NCBI GenBank assembly: GCA_963755585.1
Contig: CAVWKN010000028.1
Location: 27,592-91,591 of the forward strand
DNA: 64,000 nucleotides
Reading direction: 5' to 3'
Source of the DNA: an uncultured Alphaproteobacteria bacterium
GTDB taxonomy: Bacteria; Pseudomonadota; Alphaproteobacteria; Reyranellales; Reyranellaceae
Part shown: positions 10,044-19,199 of the stretch, in pieces
How the letters are laid out: the number at the start of each line of letters is the position of its first letter
Numbering within the stretch: the stretch's first letter is position 1
Notes under the pieces: model-generated
The model's database searches: none
What the model saw: only the letters and a program-made list of their open reading frames with translations
What the model was told of the DNA's origin: nothing
Translations under genes and position numbers: made by a program

Positions 10044-11297
10044 ATGGGCACAGGTCGGATGCAGGCAGGCTTCTTCACCGGCGTCGTCCGCGCCTGTTCT
10101 CTCGCCGCCGCGCTGACCGTATCGACGGTACTGTGGACGACTTCAGCGATGGCACAGCTTCCTCCCAACGTCGTCTCGCTGGACAGCGACCTCTTGCCGT
10201 ATCTCCTCCGCTTCGATTTGCCGGCGGTGGCCGCGGCCGTGGCCAGGAACGGCAAGATCGTCGCGGCCGGCGCCGTGGGCACGCGTCGCCTCGGCACCGA
10301 CACGCCGGTCACGGTCAACGACAGGTTCCACATCGGCTCCGACACCAAGGCGATGACCTCGCTGCTGGCCGGCATGCTGGTCGAGGAGGGCAAGCTTCGC
10401 TGGAATACGACGGTGGGCGAGATCTATCCCGAGCTGGTCGACAAGATGAGCAAGGGCGTGAAGGACATCACGCTCGAGCAGCTGCTGTCGCACACCAGCG
10501 GCATTCCCGGCGACAGCATGGAGCACGTCCCGCTGATCTCCTACTCGGTGACCGACGAGGCCGCCAATCTCGACGGCATGCGCTACACGCTCGTCACCCG
10601 CCTGGTTCCTCTGGCGTTGCATGGCCAGCCCGGCGAGCGCTTCGAATATTCCAACCTGGGCTACACGCTGGCCGGTGCGATGATGGAGCGGGTGACGGGC
10701 AAGACCTGGGAAGAGCTGGTCGTCGCCCGCATTTTCGATCCCCTGAAACTCACCACGGCGGGCTTCGGACCGCAGTCGTCGCTCGGCAGGGTCGACGCGC
10801 CGCTCGGCCACGCCGCCGGCAAGGACGGCAAGATGCAGTCTTTCCTGGCCGGACCATGGGGCGACAATCCGCTGGTGATCGGGCCCGCCGGCCTGGCGCA
10901 CATGTCCGTCCTCGACTTCGCGACATGGGCGGCCTGGAATGCGGCGGAAGGCAAGTCCGGGCCGGCGCTGGCCAAGCCGGAGACGATCCGCAAGCTGCAC
11001 ACCAAGGTCGTCGACATGCCGCCGAAACCCGACGCGCCGGTCGGCACGCCATCGTCGGGCGGATACGGCCTCGGTTGGGGCACGGTTTCGTTGCCGTTTG
11101 CGCCGCAGCCCCTGGTGTTCCATGGCGGCTCGAACAACATGAACCTCGCTTACATCGTGCTGCAGCCCAGTCAGGAACTCGGCTTGGTGACGATGACCAA
11201 CATCAGCGGCCCGAAGGCCAACGATGCGCTGATGGCCATCACCGAACTTCTCTACAAGCGCTTCGGCGCCGATCAGAGCCGCGCGACCAAGCCGTAG
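10044..11297 (+). CDS. Serine hydrolase, beta-lactamase/AmpC-like family
   Basis: SDTK (SxxK), LLSHTSG, YSN, HGGS; signal peptide. Confidence 0.9.
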   Translation: MGTGRMQAGFFTGVVRACSLAAALTVSTVLWTTSAMAQLPPNVVSLDSDLLPYLLRFDLPAVAAAVARNGKIVAAGAVGTRRLGTDTPVTVNDRFHIGSDTKAMTSLLAGMLVEEGKLRWNTTVGEIYPELVDKMSKGVKDITLEQLLSHTSGIPGDSMEHVPLISYSVTDEAANLDGMRYTLVTRLVPLALHGQPGERFEYSNLGYTLAGAMMERVTGKTWEELVVARIFDPLKLTTAGFGPQSSLGRVDAPLGHAAGKDGKMQSFLAGPWGDNPLVIGPAGLAHMSVLDFATWAAWNAAEGKSGPALAKPETIRKLHTKVVDMPPKPDAPVGTPSSGGYGLGWGTVSLPFAPQPLVFHGGSNNMNLAYIVLQPSQELGLVTMTNISGPKANDALMAITELLYKRFGADQSRATKP

Positions 11298-11393
11298 GTT
11301 TTCCGCCGGTGTTCAGCATCCAGACCGCCATCAAGATCACGGTCATCCGCTAGAGCGATTTGCGCGCACCAGCGGCACAAGGACTTCGAGACG

Positions 11394-11427
11394 ACGGCGG
11401 GGCTTCTGGCTCCGCCGTTTTCTTTTG
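11394..11427 (+). terminator. Rho-independent terminator
   Basis: ACGGCGGGGC/GCTCCGCCGT stem followed by TTTCTTTT. Confidence 0.65.
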
Positions 11428-11627
11428 GGCTCTTCGGACCGCGGGTCTCCGGCCTCGCATCCCTATGAAGCAGCAGCCCCGACGGTCGCCTCGGCTGGCC
11501 CGCTCCGTGTAAAATATCGCAGGGCCGTGATTGGCCGCAGCCGCTCGACCGGTGCAACATCAAGAGGTCGGCGACACTGCAGCTGTCTGGCAGGCCCGGC
11601 AGAGCGCCACTCGCTGAGGGGACAGCG

Positions 11628-12869
11628 ATGAAGCAACGCCTCTTCCGCTGGATTTCGATCCTTGTCGGGGTTGTCCTGGCGCTGGCCGCGACCGAGGGCA
11701 TGGCGATCGTCTGGCTGTATTTCGAGGACGGTCGCTACACGCCGGCCGCCGAGTTGTTCGAGCGCACGCAGAACGCGTACGTGCGCGACATGACCAAGGA
11801 CAAGGCCTGCCGCTTCATCGACACTCTCTATCCGCATCCCTATCTGGCGTTCGTCCAGCACGCCAATCCGCCGTGCGGCATCGCCTGGGTCAACAATGCC
11901 GGCCTGTTCGGCCCGGACTTCCCCGTGGTCAAGCCTGCCGACCGCTACGTCGTCATGCTGACCGGCGGTTCGGTCGCCTCCTATCTCGGCGGCAATCAGG
12001 CGCCGCCGTGGCCGCGCTATCTGGAGGAGGAGCTGGACAGGAAATATGTCAGCCCGAACGGCAAGCCCTGGATGGTGCTGGATGCCGCAGACGGCGCGTG
12101 GAAGGAGCCTCAGCCATTCATCGTGTTCGCGCTCTACGCCAGCTCGGTCGACGCCATGGTGAACCTGAGCGGCTTCAACGAGCACTATTATTTCCGGCCG
12201 CACATGGACCAGCGTCTCGAAGGCCCGGCGTCCAACTTCCTCGAGGTCAATCCTCTTGCCGCCGATGACAATTTCGGCGACGCCGCGATCGGCTGGGTGA
12301 TGGGGCGTCTGGCGGGAACGCTGGCGCTCAATCCGATTCTCGGCCGGTCGCATGCGGCCTACATGATCATCCGCGGTGTCGAGGCGGTCGCCAAGGGCAA
12401 GGAAAGTTTCGTGTCCAGCAGGCGGACGACGATTCCCAGCCTGTTTGCCTTGCCGAAGGACGTCCAGGAAAATGCGGAGCGGCTGTTCGGTATCCAGCTC
12501 GGCCTTTATCAGAAGTACTTTCGCGCGACCGAGGCGGTGGCACACGACAACGGCGTGAAGTCGGCTTTTTTCCTGCAGCCCGTTCCGGCCTGGGGCAAGA
12601 CGCTGACCGAGGACGAGAAGCGCGTGGTCGGCGACCTTTCCTATCGCGACCTCTATCGCCGGCTCGTCGGCGGCATGATGACGCTCAGCGAGCGCGGCCT
12701 TCCGATCTACGACCTGGGCGATATCTTCCAGAACCAGAAGGGGACGATTTACCGTGACCAGGTCCACTATCTCTTCAATGACGAGGGCGAGAGCCTTGGC
12801 AACCGGCTGATGGCGGCGCGGATCGGCGAACTGCTCGCAGAAAGCTGGGGCCTGCAGCGCAAGCCCTGA
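11628..12869 (+). CDS. Membrane-anchored SGNH/GDSL-like hydrolase
   Basis: N-terminal TM helix; TGGSVA, GFNE, LQP and DQVH (DxxH) blocks. Confidence 0.65.
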   Translation: MKQRLFRWISILVGVVLALAATEGMAIVWLYFEDGRYTPAAELFERTQNAYVRDMTKDKACRFIDTLYPHPYLAFVQHANPPCGIAWVNNAGLFGPDFPVVKPADRYVVMLTGGSVASYLGGNQAPPWPRYLEEELDRKYVSPNGKPWMVLDAADGAWKEPQPFIVFALYASSVDAMVNLSGFNEHYYFRPHMDQRLEGPASNFLEVNPLAADDNFGDAAIGWVMGRLAGTLALNPILGRSHAAYMIIRGVEAVAKGKESFVSSRRTTIPSLFALPKDVQENAERLFGIQLGLYQKYFRATEAVAHDNGVKSAFFLQPVPAWGKTLTEDEKRVVGDLSYRDLYRRLVGGMMTLSERGLPIYDLGDIFQNQKGTIYRDQVHYLFNDEGESLGNRLMAARIGELLAESWGLQRKP

Positions 12870-12878
12870 GTGCCGAAG

Positions 12879-13407
12879 ATGAAGCGATGGATCGTCCTCT
12901 TGGCAGCGGCGATGGCGCCGGCGGCGTGCGAGCCGGCGCCGGTTCAAACCGCCAACTCGGCACAGGCTGCGGGCAGCGAGCTGTTTGCTGCGCCGACGCC
13001 GGGAGCGGCGGCGGTCTATTTCTATTCGACCAGGTCGGCGGTCGACTTCCCGATCCTCGAGGCCGGCAGCGTCTCGCGACGCTGAGGTCGCTCATGTGGC
13101 AAGGGCCGATCTTGCGGCAGGGCGGCAGGATCTCGGCTGCGTGGTCCAGGACAATCCGGCCTTCGTCCGCTCGACCCCGACACGGCCCGATCGACCTCCC
13201 GGCTGGGGACCGACGACATCGAAGCCCGTGCAGTTGCAGGCCGGCCAGACGCGATTTTTCAAGGTCGGCTATCGGTTGATGTGGAGTGACGAGATCTTCT
13301 GCACCATGGCCGAGGTTTCCGCCGCCGAGGGCCGGGTTGCCGTGCTGGCGCGCAAGCAGGCGCCGGAGCCGCGCGCCGCCGTCGAGCAGCTCGCCGGGAT
13401 GAGGTAG
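12879..13407 (+). CDS. Putative lipoprotein (DUF2846-like), frameshifted at ~13065-13100
   Basis: Signal peptide ending AAC; AAVYFY and QLQAGQTRFFKV segments in different frames. Confidence 0.55.
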
Positions 13408-13523
13408 CGGGGGAGAAAAGCCGCTGCGCGGCCGGCGCGTCGGCGAGCGCGTTTCCGGCGCCCCCTATCGGTGTACAAGTAGTCCCCGGTTGCGCGTCCA
13501 CTTTCACAGGAAGGCCGTTCGGA

Positions 13524-14027
13524 GTGCTGACCCGTCGACGCCTGCGCGCCGCTCTGCTGGCGATCGCGATATCGGCAGCTTGTCCCGCGAATGCCCAGAC
13601 CGGCATTGACGGCACCGGCACCTCGCACGGCTTCGCGGTCTCCGAGGGTGACACCGTGAAGTTCGGCCGCCAGCGCGTTCGCATGTTCGGCATCGACGCT
13701 CCGGAGCAGGCGCAACCTTGCGATGACGGCAACTGGTATCCGGGGCCACTGGCGACGAAGGCGCTGATCGATTTCATTGCCGGCCGCCAGGTGACTTGTC
13801 GCCAGGTCGACTATGACTTGAAGAACAGCAATCCCGTCGCGCTCTGCTACGCGGGCGAGGACGACCTGCAGGCGTTGATGGTGAGTGCCGGCTGGGCGTG
13901 GGCCTATAGCGCCGCCAGCGATCAATATGTCGACGCCGAGAGACGGGCCGCTGCGCGCGGTGTCGGCGTGCATGCGCATCGCTGCCAGCGCCCGTGGGAA
14001 TGGCGGGCAGGGAGTCGCGGTCGATAG
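13524..14027 (+). CDS. Thermonuclease (SNase-like) family protein
   Basis: GDT, VRMFGIDAPE, MVSAGWAWAY motifs. Confidence 0.88.
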   Translation: MLTRRRLRAALLAIAISAACPANAQTGIDGTGTSHGFAVSEGDTVKFGRQRVRMFGIDAPEQAQPCDDGNWYPGPLATKALIDFIAGRQVTCRQVDYDLKNSNPVALCYAGEDDLQALMVSAGWAWAYSAASDQYVDAERRAAARGVGVHAHRCQRPWEWRAGSRGR

Positions 14028-14114
14028 CCGAAGCGCTTTGGCGCGATTGCGCAAATGAATATGTAGGCTCGATGGTTGTAGCCGGGCGCTTGGGCGGAGT
14101 ATCAAGCGGTACCC

Positions 14115-14192
<78 letters not shown>

Positions 14193-14204
<12 letters not shown>

Positions 14205-15182
14205 ATTGCTGGGTTTTTGCGGATTTGCCGACAACCTCCTGCCCTCGATTTAGGACATCCGTTGCCCATTGCCTTCCGCCGGCTGGTGTCGGTGCGAACG
14301 TCGTGCCGCTCGTGCCGCGCTGAGGGTGATTTAGGGCGTGTACTGGTGGTACCCTACGATGGTGAAGAAGTAGCACGGGAGGATACTCGATGCGCTACAT
14401 GACGATTGCTGGAGTGCTGGGGGTGCTTGCCACCCAAGCTCAGGCAGAGAGCACGACATACCGCTTGAAATTAATCCCGGAGAAGTCGGTGCAGGCTGCT
14501 CCAGTTGGGGCATGACCTACACGGTGGACGTTTCTAACGCCGTGCTGACACTTGGCACCTCATATGCCCCGAGGCTGTTTTCCGAGCCTGTCAAAAGCGA
14601 CGGCAAGATTACTAAGAGCTTCAGGGACCCCTCAGGGGGAATTATGGAGTTCGTCGGTCTCGGCAATGGTGTGTACGAACTCATCGCCCCACTCACCCCC
14701 TGCTATTATCGACTTGCGCAATAGGCACGGTGGGAATGCAGAAGGAAGCGTCGCAAAACAGATATTGTGCGACGCTTCTATTGGTTAGCTGGCCCATCCC
14801 AGATGTATCACCAAGAACGCCAAGCGGCCGCAAACGGCTCATAAGCGATCATCGATACGCCGTAGCCACCAGCACTTCGACGCTGATCGCCGTTTTGTGC
14901 AAGTGTCGACTATTGGCCCAACTCGGACCTCCCGGCACGTCCGCGTTTCCGCCGCTCTTGGGGGCGAAGCGGACTTCAGTCGGCGAATGCGAGCGGTCGC
15001 AATTTATGAGTACGCGCCCTTGGACCGCGACCAGCCCAGCGAGGGCGCTGACCGGGACGCCGCGTGACATGCCGCCAGCGTAGGCCAGCCTCTGGCATCG
15101 CGTCGATATTCATGGGGAAGATGTGGTGGAGCCGGAAAAGCCGCGAGTTTTCGTGGGTTTGGATGACACCCCATCCGCCAAT
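14193..15182. mobile_element. Integrase-free mini-island in the tRNA-Ser 3' end
   Basis: Exact 14-bp direct repeat CCCCATCCGCCAAT at 14193-14206 and 15169-15182; interior is visibly lower in GC. Confidence 0.75.
14390..14724 (+). CDS. Small secreted hypothetical protein (~110 aa), frameshifted near 14490
   Basis: GGAGG RBS; MRYMTIAGVLGVLATQAQA signal peptide; continues in the 14512..14724 frame. Confidence 0.55.
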
Positions 15183-15220
15183 CCAGAACAGAACTGCGAA
15201 CGCCGCCGGAATCGCACCGT

Positions 15221-16135
15221 TCAGCTGCGCAGTCTCGGCAGTGGTCCCCCGCTCACGACATAAACTCCGATCGAAATCGTGGTGATTGCCACCCAGTCTG
15301 CAGCCCTCGGCCATTCGCCGAGGACAGGGATCGCCAGCAGCGCAGTCATTGCCGGGCAAAGCGCGGCGAACGCAGCGCCGCTCGACGCCCCGAGGAGGCT
15401 GACCGCACGGCCATAGAGCAGCAGCGAGACAATCGCCGTCAGCACGCCTTGGACGATTGCCTGGAGGGCTATGTCGCCCCACGGAGCTCTGGCGAGAGTC
15501 GACCCCGGTATGAACGCGAAAACCGGCAGATAGAGAAACATGGCTCCCACTGCAGAGATCGCGGCGGCATGCAGACCGTCCAGGCGAGCGCCGCGCATCG
15601 CAACCGTATAGACGGCCCACGCCAGGCCGGAACAGAGGAATAGAACGTGGCCGATATTCTGGGATGAGCCTTCAAGGCCACCGGACTCCCAGGCGATCCC
15701 CAGAACCCCGGGCAGGATCAGGGCGAAGCCGATCATTTTCTTGCCGGTGAACTGCTCTCGCAAGATGACCGCAGCGAGCAACGCGACCATGAGCGGCATG
15801 ACACCCGGAAAAAGTGCTCCAGCGTGAGCGGCCGGTGCAAACAATAGCCCCGTATTCGCCAGCAGCACGGGGGCAGCCCCGCCGATCACGATGGCGGCCA
15901 ATCCGGTTCCGCCCAGACGGTCCAGCGCGAACCCTTTGAACCACACGTACGGCAAGAGAAGGAAGCCTGCCACGCCGAAGCGGAGGGCTGCGATGTCCCA
16001 GGGTGTCAGGCTTGTCCGTAGACCGAGGCGGGCGACCACGATCCAGCCCGACCAGATACTGACGGCCGCGAGGCCGTAAAGCGCACCGTGCACGTACCGC
16101 GAAGCAGTTCGTCCGTCTTCAACGATCTCTGGCAC
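15221..16135 (-). CDS. DMT/EamA family transporter
   Basis: ~10 TM, two EamA repeats, LRF and LGE motifs. Confidence 0.88.
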   Translation of the reverse strand: MPEIVEDGRTASRYVHGALYGLAAVSIWSGWIVVARLGLRTSLTPWDIAALRFGVAGFLLLPYVWFKGFALDRLGGTGLAAIVIGGAAPVLLANTGLLFAPAAHAGALFPGVMPLMVALLAAVILREQFTGKKMIGFALILPGVLGIAWESGGLEGSSQNIGHVLFLCSGLAWAVYTVAMRGARLDGLHAAAISAVGAMFLYLPVFAFIPGSTLARAPWGDIALQAIVQGVLTAIVSLLLYGRAVSLLGASSGAAFAALCPAMTALLAIPVLGEWPRAADWVAITTISIGVYVVSGGPLPRLRS

Positions 16136-16156
16136 GCCCTATTCCTTCCGCAGGCT

Positions 16157-16195
16157 GTAACGGGTATAACCTCTTTAATGACTTTCAGCGGTTAC
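16157..16195. promoter_or_regulatory. Putative operator TAACC-N18-GGTTA between divergent DMT and CGNR genes
   Basis: TAACC 16167-16171 and GGTTA 16190-16194, plus an extra GTAAC at 16157. Confidence 0.45.
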
Positions 16196-16235
16196 GCTAG
16201 CGGTCGAGACGAAGTGAGGCAAGGCCAGGCAAGGC

Positions 16236-17150
16236 ATGAGCAGACGCACTGACCCTTTCGATTGGAGCGGAGGCCATCCGGCCCTGGACTTCGTCAACAC
16301 GCTTGACGAGCGGTCTTTTGATCCACCGATCGAGAACCTGGCGACCTATCGCGAACTCGTGCGGTTCACCGAATTGGCGGAGTTGATCCCGCGGCCAAAG
16401 GCCAAGCCCCGTCGCGATGTAGCAGGCGCCGCGAGCACTCGTGTCGCCAGGCAGGCTCTACGACTACGTGAGCAATTGCATCGAATGTTGGCTGCGCAGC
16501 ACTCGGGGCGCCAGGCATCGCAGGTTGATCTCGATGCCATCGGAAAGGCTATCCTGGCCGCTCACGCCGCCCGCGAAATCGTTGTGCCGGGGTCGTTGGG
16601 CATTGCGGAGTACGCCTGGAAGACACCGACCGGCATTGATGTCCCGTTGCATGCCTGCTCACTCGCGATCGAGCGCCTGCTCCTGGACGTCGATCGTCAT
16701 AGAATTCGGAAATGCGTGGCGTCGGATTGCGATGTCTACTTCATCGACACGAGCAAAGGTCATCGCCGCCAATGGTGCAGCATGAAGAACTGTGGCAATC
16801 GCGAAAAACAGAGGCGTTGGCGTTCCGGAGAGCGAGATGACCAGGACCGCGTGCTTGCAATGCATGCACTTTGTCCCGGCAGCTACCATCCCTGGGGCCT
16901 GAAAATATCGCGACCACTCTCTACCGGTACGCAAGTATTCCCCAGGGACCGTCTCCGCAGAATCCGCTTGACGCCCCTGAGCAATGTTGTGGCGTATGCC
17001 TGCCGACACTCGCGTACAGAGGATCGGCGTCATGACCATGCTCGAGCCTTCTCTCCACACCGCCGGGGCGGCTGCCAGGAGTTCGGCATCCACGGTTTGC
17101 AGGCTTGCTCGATCTGCGCAGGCCGGCATGAATGCGACCTGTCGCCATAA
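16236..17150 (+). CDS. ABATE/CGNR zinc-finger regulator (last ~105 aa probably a non-homologous extension)
   Basis: ALDFVNT; C-x4-C ... FIDTSK ... WCSMKNCGNR. Confidence 0.85.
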   Translation: MSRRTDPFDWSGGHPALDFVNTLDERSFDPPIENLATYRELVRFTELAELIPRPKAKPRRDVAGAASTRVARQALRLREQLHRMLAAQHSGRQASQVDLDAIGKAILAAHAAREIVVPGSLGIAEYAWKTPTGIDVPLHACSLAIERLLLDVDRHRIRKCVASDCDVYFIDTSKGHRRQWCSMKNCGNREKQRRWRSGERDDQDRVLAMHALCPGSYHPWGLKISRPLSTGTQVFPRDRLRRIRLTPLSNVVAYACRHSRTEDRRHDHARAFSPHRRGGCQEFGIHGLQACSICAGRHECDLSP

Positions 17151-17221
17151 ATATTGCTAGATTCAGAAGTACTTATGTATCCTTCTTCATCTGCTTCCAT
17201 CGCTCGCATGCCGCTCATCCC

Positions 17222-18095
17222 ATGATCACTCGACGACTGTTGTGCGCGGCAGCGGCGCTTTTGCCCCCGTCGGCGCGGGCCGAGACGGCCGATCCCAAGT
17301 TCGCGGCCTGGCTGCGCGGCCTGCGCGCCGAGGCGCTCAAGGCCGGCGTCGATGCGGGCACGCTCGATGCGGCGCTGGGCTCGGTCGAGGAGGTGCCGCG
17401 GGTCCTCGAGCTCGCGCACAACCAGCCCGAATTCAAGATGACGTTCGACCGGTATCTCGAGATCGTCGTGTCGAACGAGCGCGTGAGCCGCGGGCGCGTG
17501 CTGCTGGCGGAGAACCGCGCCCTGGTCGACCGCTTCGCCGCACCGGCCGGCATCCCGGCGTCGATCGTCGTGGCGCTGTGGGGCATCGAGAGCAACTTCG
17601 GCACACGGCTCGGCGATTTCGAGGTCGTGGCTGCCCTGGCGACGCTCGCCTATAACGGCTTCCGCGCGCAGTTCTTCCGTGGCCAGCTGATCGCGGCGCT
17701 CAAGATCGTGTCGCAAGGGCATATCGGCCTGCACGCCATGAAGGGATCGTGGGCGGGCGCGATGGGGCAGTGCCAGTTCATCCCGACGAGCTTCCTGGCC
17801 TATGCCGCCGACGGCGATGGCGACGGCCGCATGGATATCTGGACCAACAAGGCCGACGTCTTCGCCTCGATCGTGAACTACCTGCGCCGCGTCGGCTGGC
17901 GTCCCGGCGTTGTCATGGGGCGAGGCGGTGCCGGCGGGCACGGCGGCGGGGCAGGGCATGCGCATCGTGCGGCCGGCGGGAGCCGGCGGGCCGGCGTTCC
18001 GGACGAGTGCCAATTTCCAGGCCATCCTGCGCTGGAACCAGTCGGATTTCTTTGGCCTCGCCGTCGGACTGCTGTCCGACAAGATCGCCGCGTGA
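17222..18095 (+). CDS. mltB: Lytic murein transglycosylase (MltB/SLT_2), frameshift near 17915
   Basis: ALWGIESNFG, GSWAGAMGQCQF, DGDGDG motifs; first gene of the mltB-rlpA-dacA cluster. Confidence 0.85.
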
Positions 18096-18134
18096 CCTTG
18101 GCGACGCGACAGCCTCCTCTGCACCCTCAAGATC

Positions 18135-19199
18135 ATGTATGATGGCGCCGTCATGCCGCTAGCCATAGTCAATCCGCGTTCGGCACCCCTGACGTTCGTG
18201 CAGGTGGGGGCAGTCCTGTTGCTGGCGGCATCGCTCGCCGCCTGCGGCTCGTCGGGCAGCAAGAACGTGGCCCAGCGCGGCAGCTACAAGGTCGGCGCGC
18301 CCTACAAGATCGACGGCGTCACCTACACGCCGACGGAAGAATTCAACCACGTCGAGACCGGCGTCGCCTCGTGGTACGGGCCGGGCTTCCACGGCAAATC
18401 GACCGCCAACGGCGAGGCCTACGACCAAAGCGCCCGTACGGCGGCCCACCGGACCCTGCAGATGCCGGCGATCGTCCGCGTGACCAACCTCGACAACGGC
18501 ATGTCCACCGTCGTGCGCATCAACGATCGCGGCCCGTTTGCGCGCAGCCGCATCATCGACCTGTCGCGCACCGCCGCCCAGGAACTCGACATCGTGCGCA
18601 ACGGCACGGGCCACGTCCGCATCGAGCAGCTCCAGGCCGAAAGCCTCGCCGTGAAGGACGTCGCGATCAGCGGCGGCGGCCCGGCCGAGCAGCAGGCGGC
18701 CGTGGCGCAAGTATCGGCCGGCCGCTACGCACCGGCGCAGGCGCCCGTTCAGACGGCGGCCCCCGTTCAGACGGCAGCCTATGTGCCGCCACCGCCCGCG
18801 CCGGCACCCGTCTACACGCAGGCCGCATACGCCCCGCCTGCACAAACGCAGCCGGTATGGCCGACCAATCCGCGCAGCCCGGCGGCCGAGCCGGCGCCTG
18901 CCGCCGCTCCATCCGGCAGCGGCGGGCCGACGATTGCGTCGCTCGCCAACGGCACCACGATGCAGCCGGTGAGCGGCTTCTATGTCCAGACCGGCGCCTT
19001 CACGACGCCGGAGAATGCCGAACGCCAGCGCGGGGCCGTGAGCAGCTACGGCCTGTCGGAGATTTCCCAAAGCTCGGCCGGCGGACGCGACGTCTATCGC
19101 GTGCGCCTGGGACCCTACACAACCTCGGATGCCGCCGGCATTGTCGCCGACCGGCTGAAACGCTCAGGGTATGGTGATGCACGTGTCGTGGCTAACTGA
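18135..19199 (+). CDS. rlpA: Septal ring lytic transglycosylase RlpA with SPOR domain
   Basis: LAAC lipobox, GVASWYG, TAAHRTL, INDRGPF, C-terminal SPOR. Confidence 0.93.
   Translation: MYDGAVMPLAIVNPRSAPLTFVQVGAVLLLAASLAACGSSGSKNVAQRGSYKVGAPYKIDGVTYTPTEEFNHVETGVASWYGPGFHGKSTANGEAYDQSARTAAHRTLQMPAIVRVTNLDNGMSTVVRINDRGPFARSRIIDLSRTAAQELDIVRNGTGHVRIEQLQAESLAVKDVAISGGGPAEQQAAVAQVSAGRYAPAQAPVQTAAPVQTAAYVPPPPAPAPVYTQAAYAPPAQTQPVWPTNPRSPAAEPAPAAAPSGSGGPTIASLANGTTMQPVSGFYVQTGAFTTPENAERQRGAVSSYGLSEISQSSAGGRDVYRVRLGPYTTSDAAGIVADRLKRSGYGDARVVAN

Noticed and set aside
16659-17148. Minus-strand ORFs in the lower-GC tail after the CGNR domain
   Set aside because: No recognisable motifs or codon bias; no second tRNA att copy found at this boundary
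18740-18780. 18-bp tandem repeat in rlpA (APVQTA x2)
   Set aside because: Low-complexity Pro/Ala linker variation
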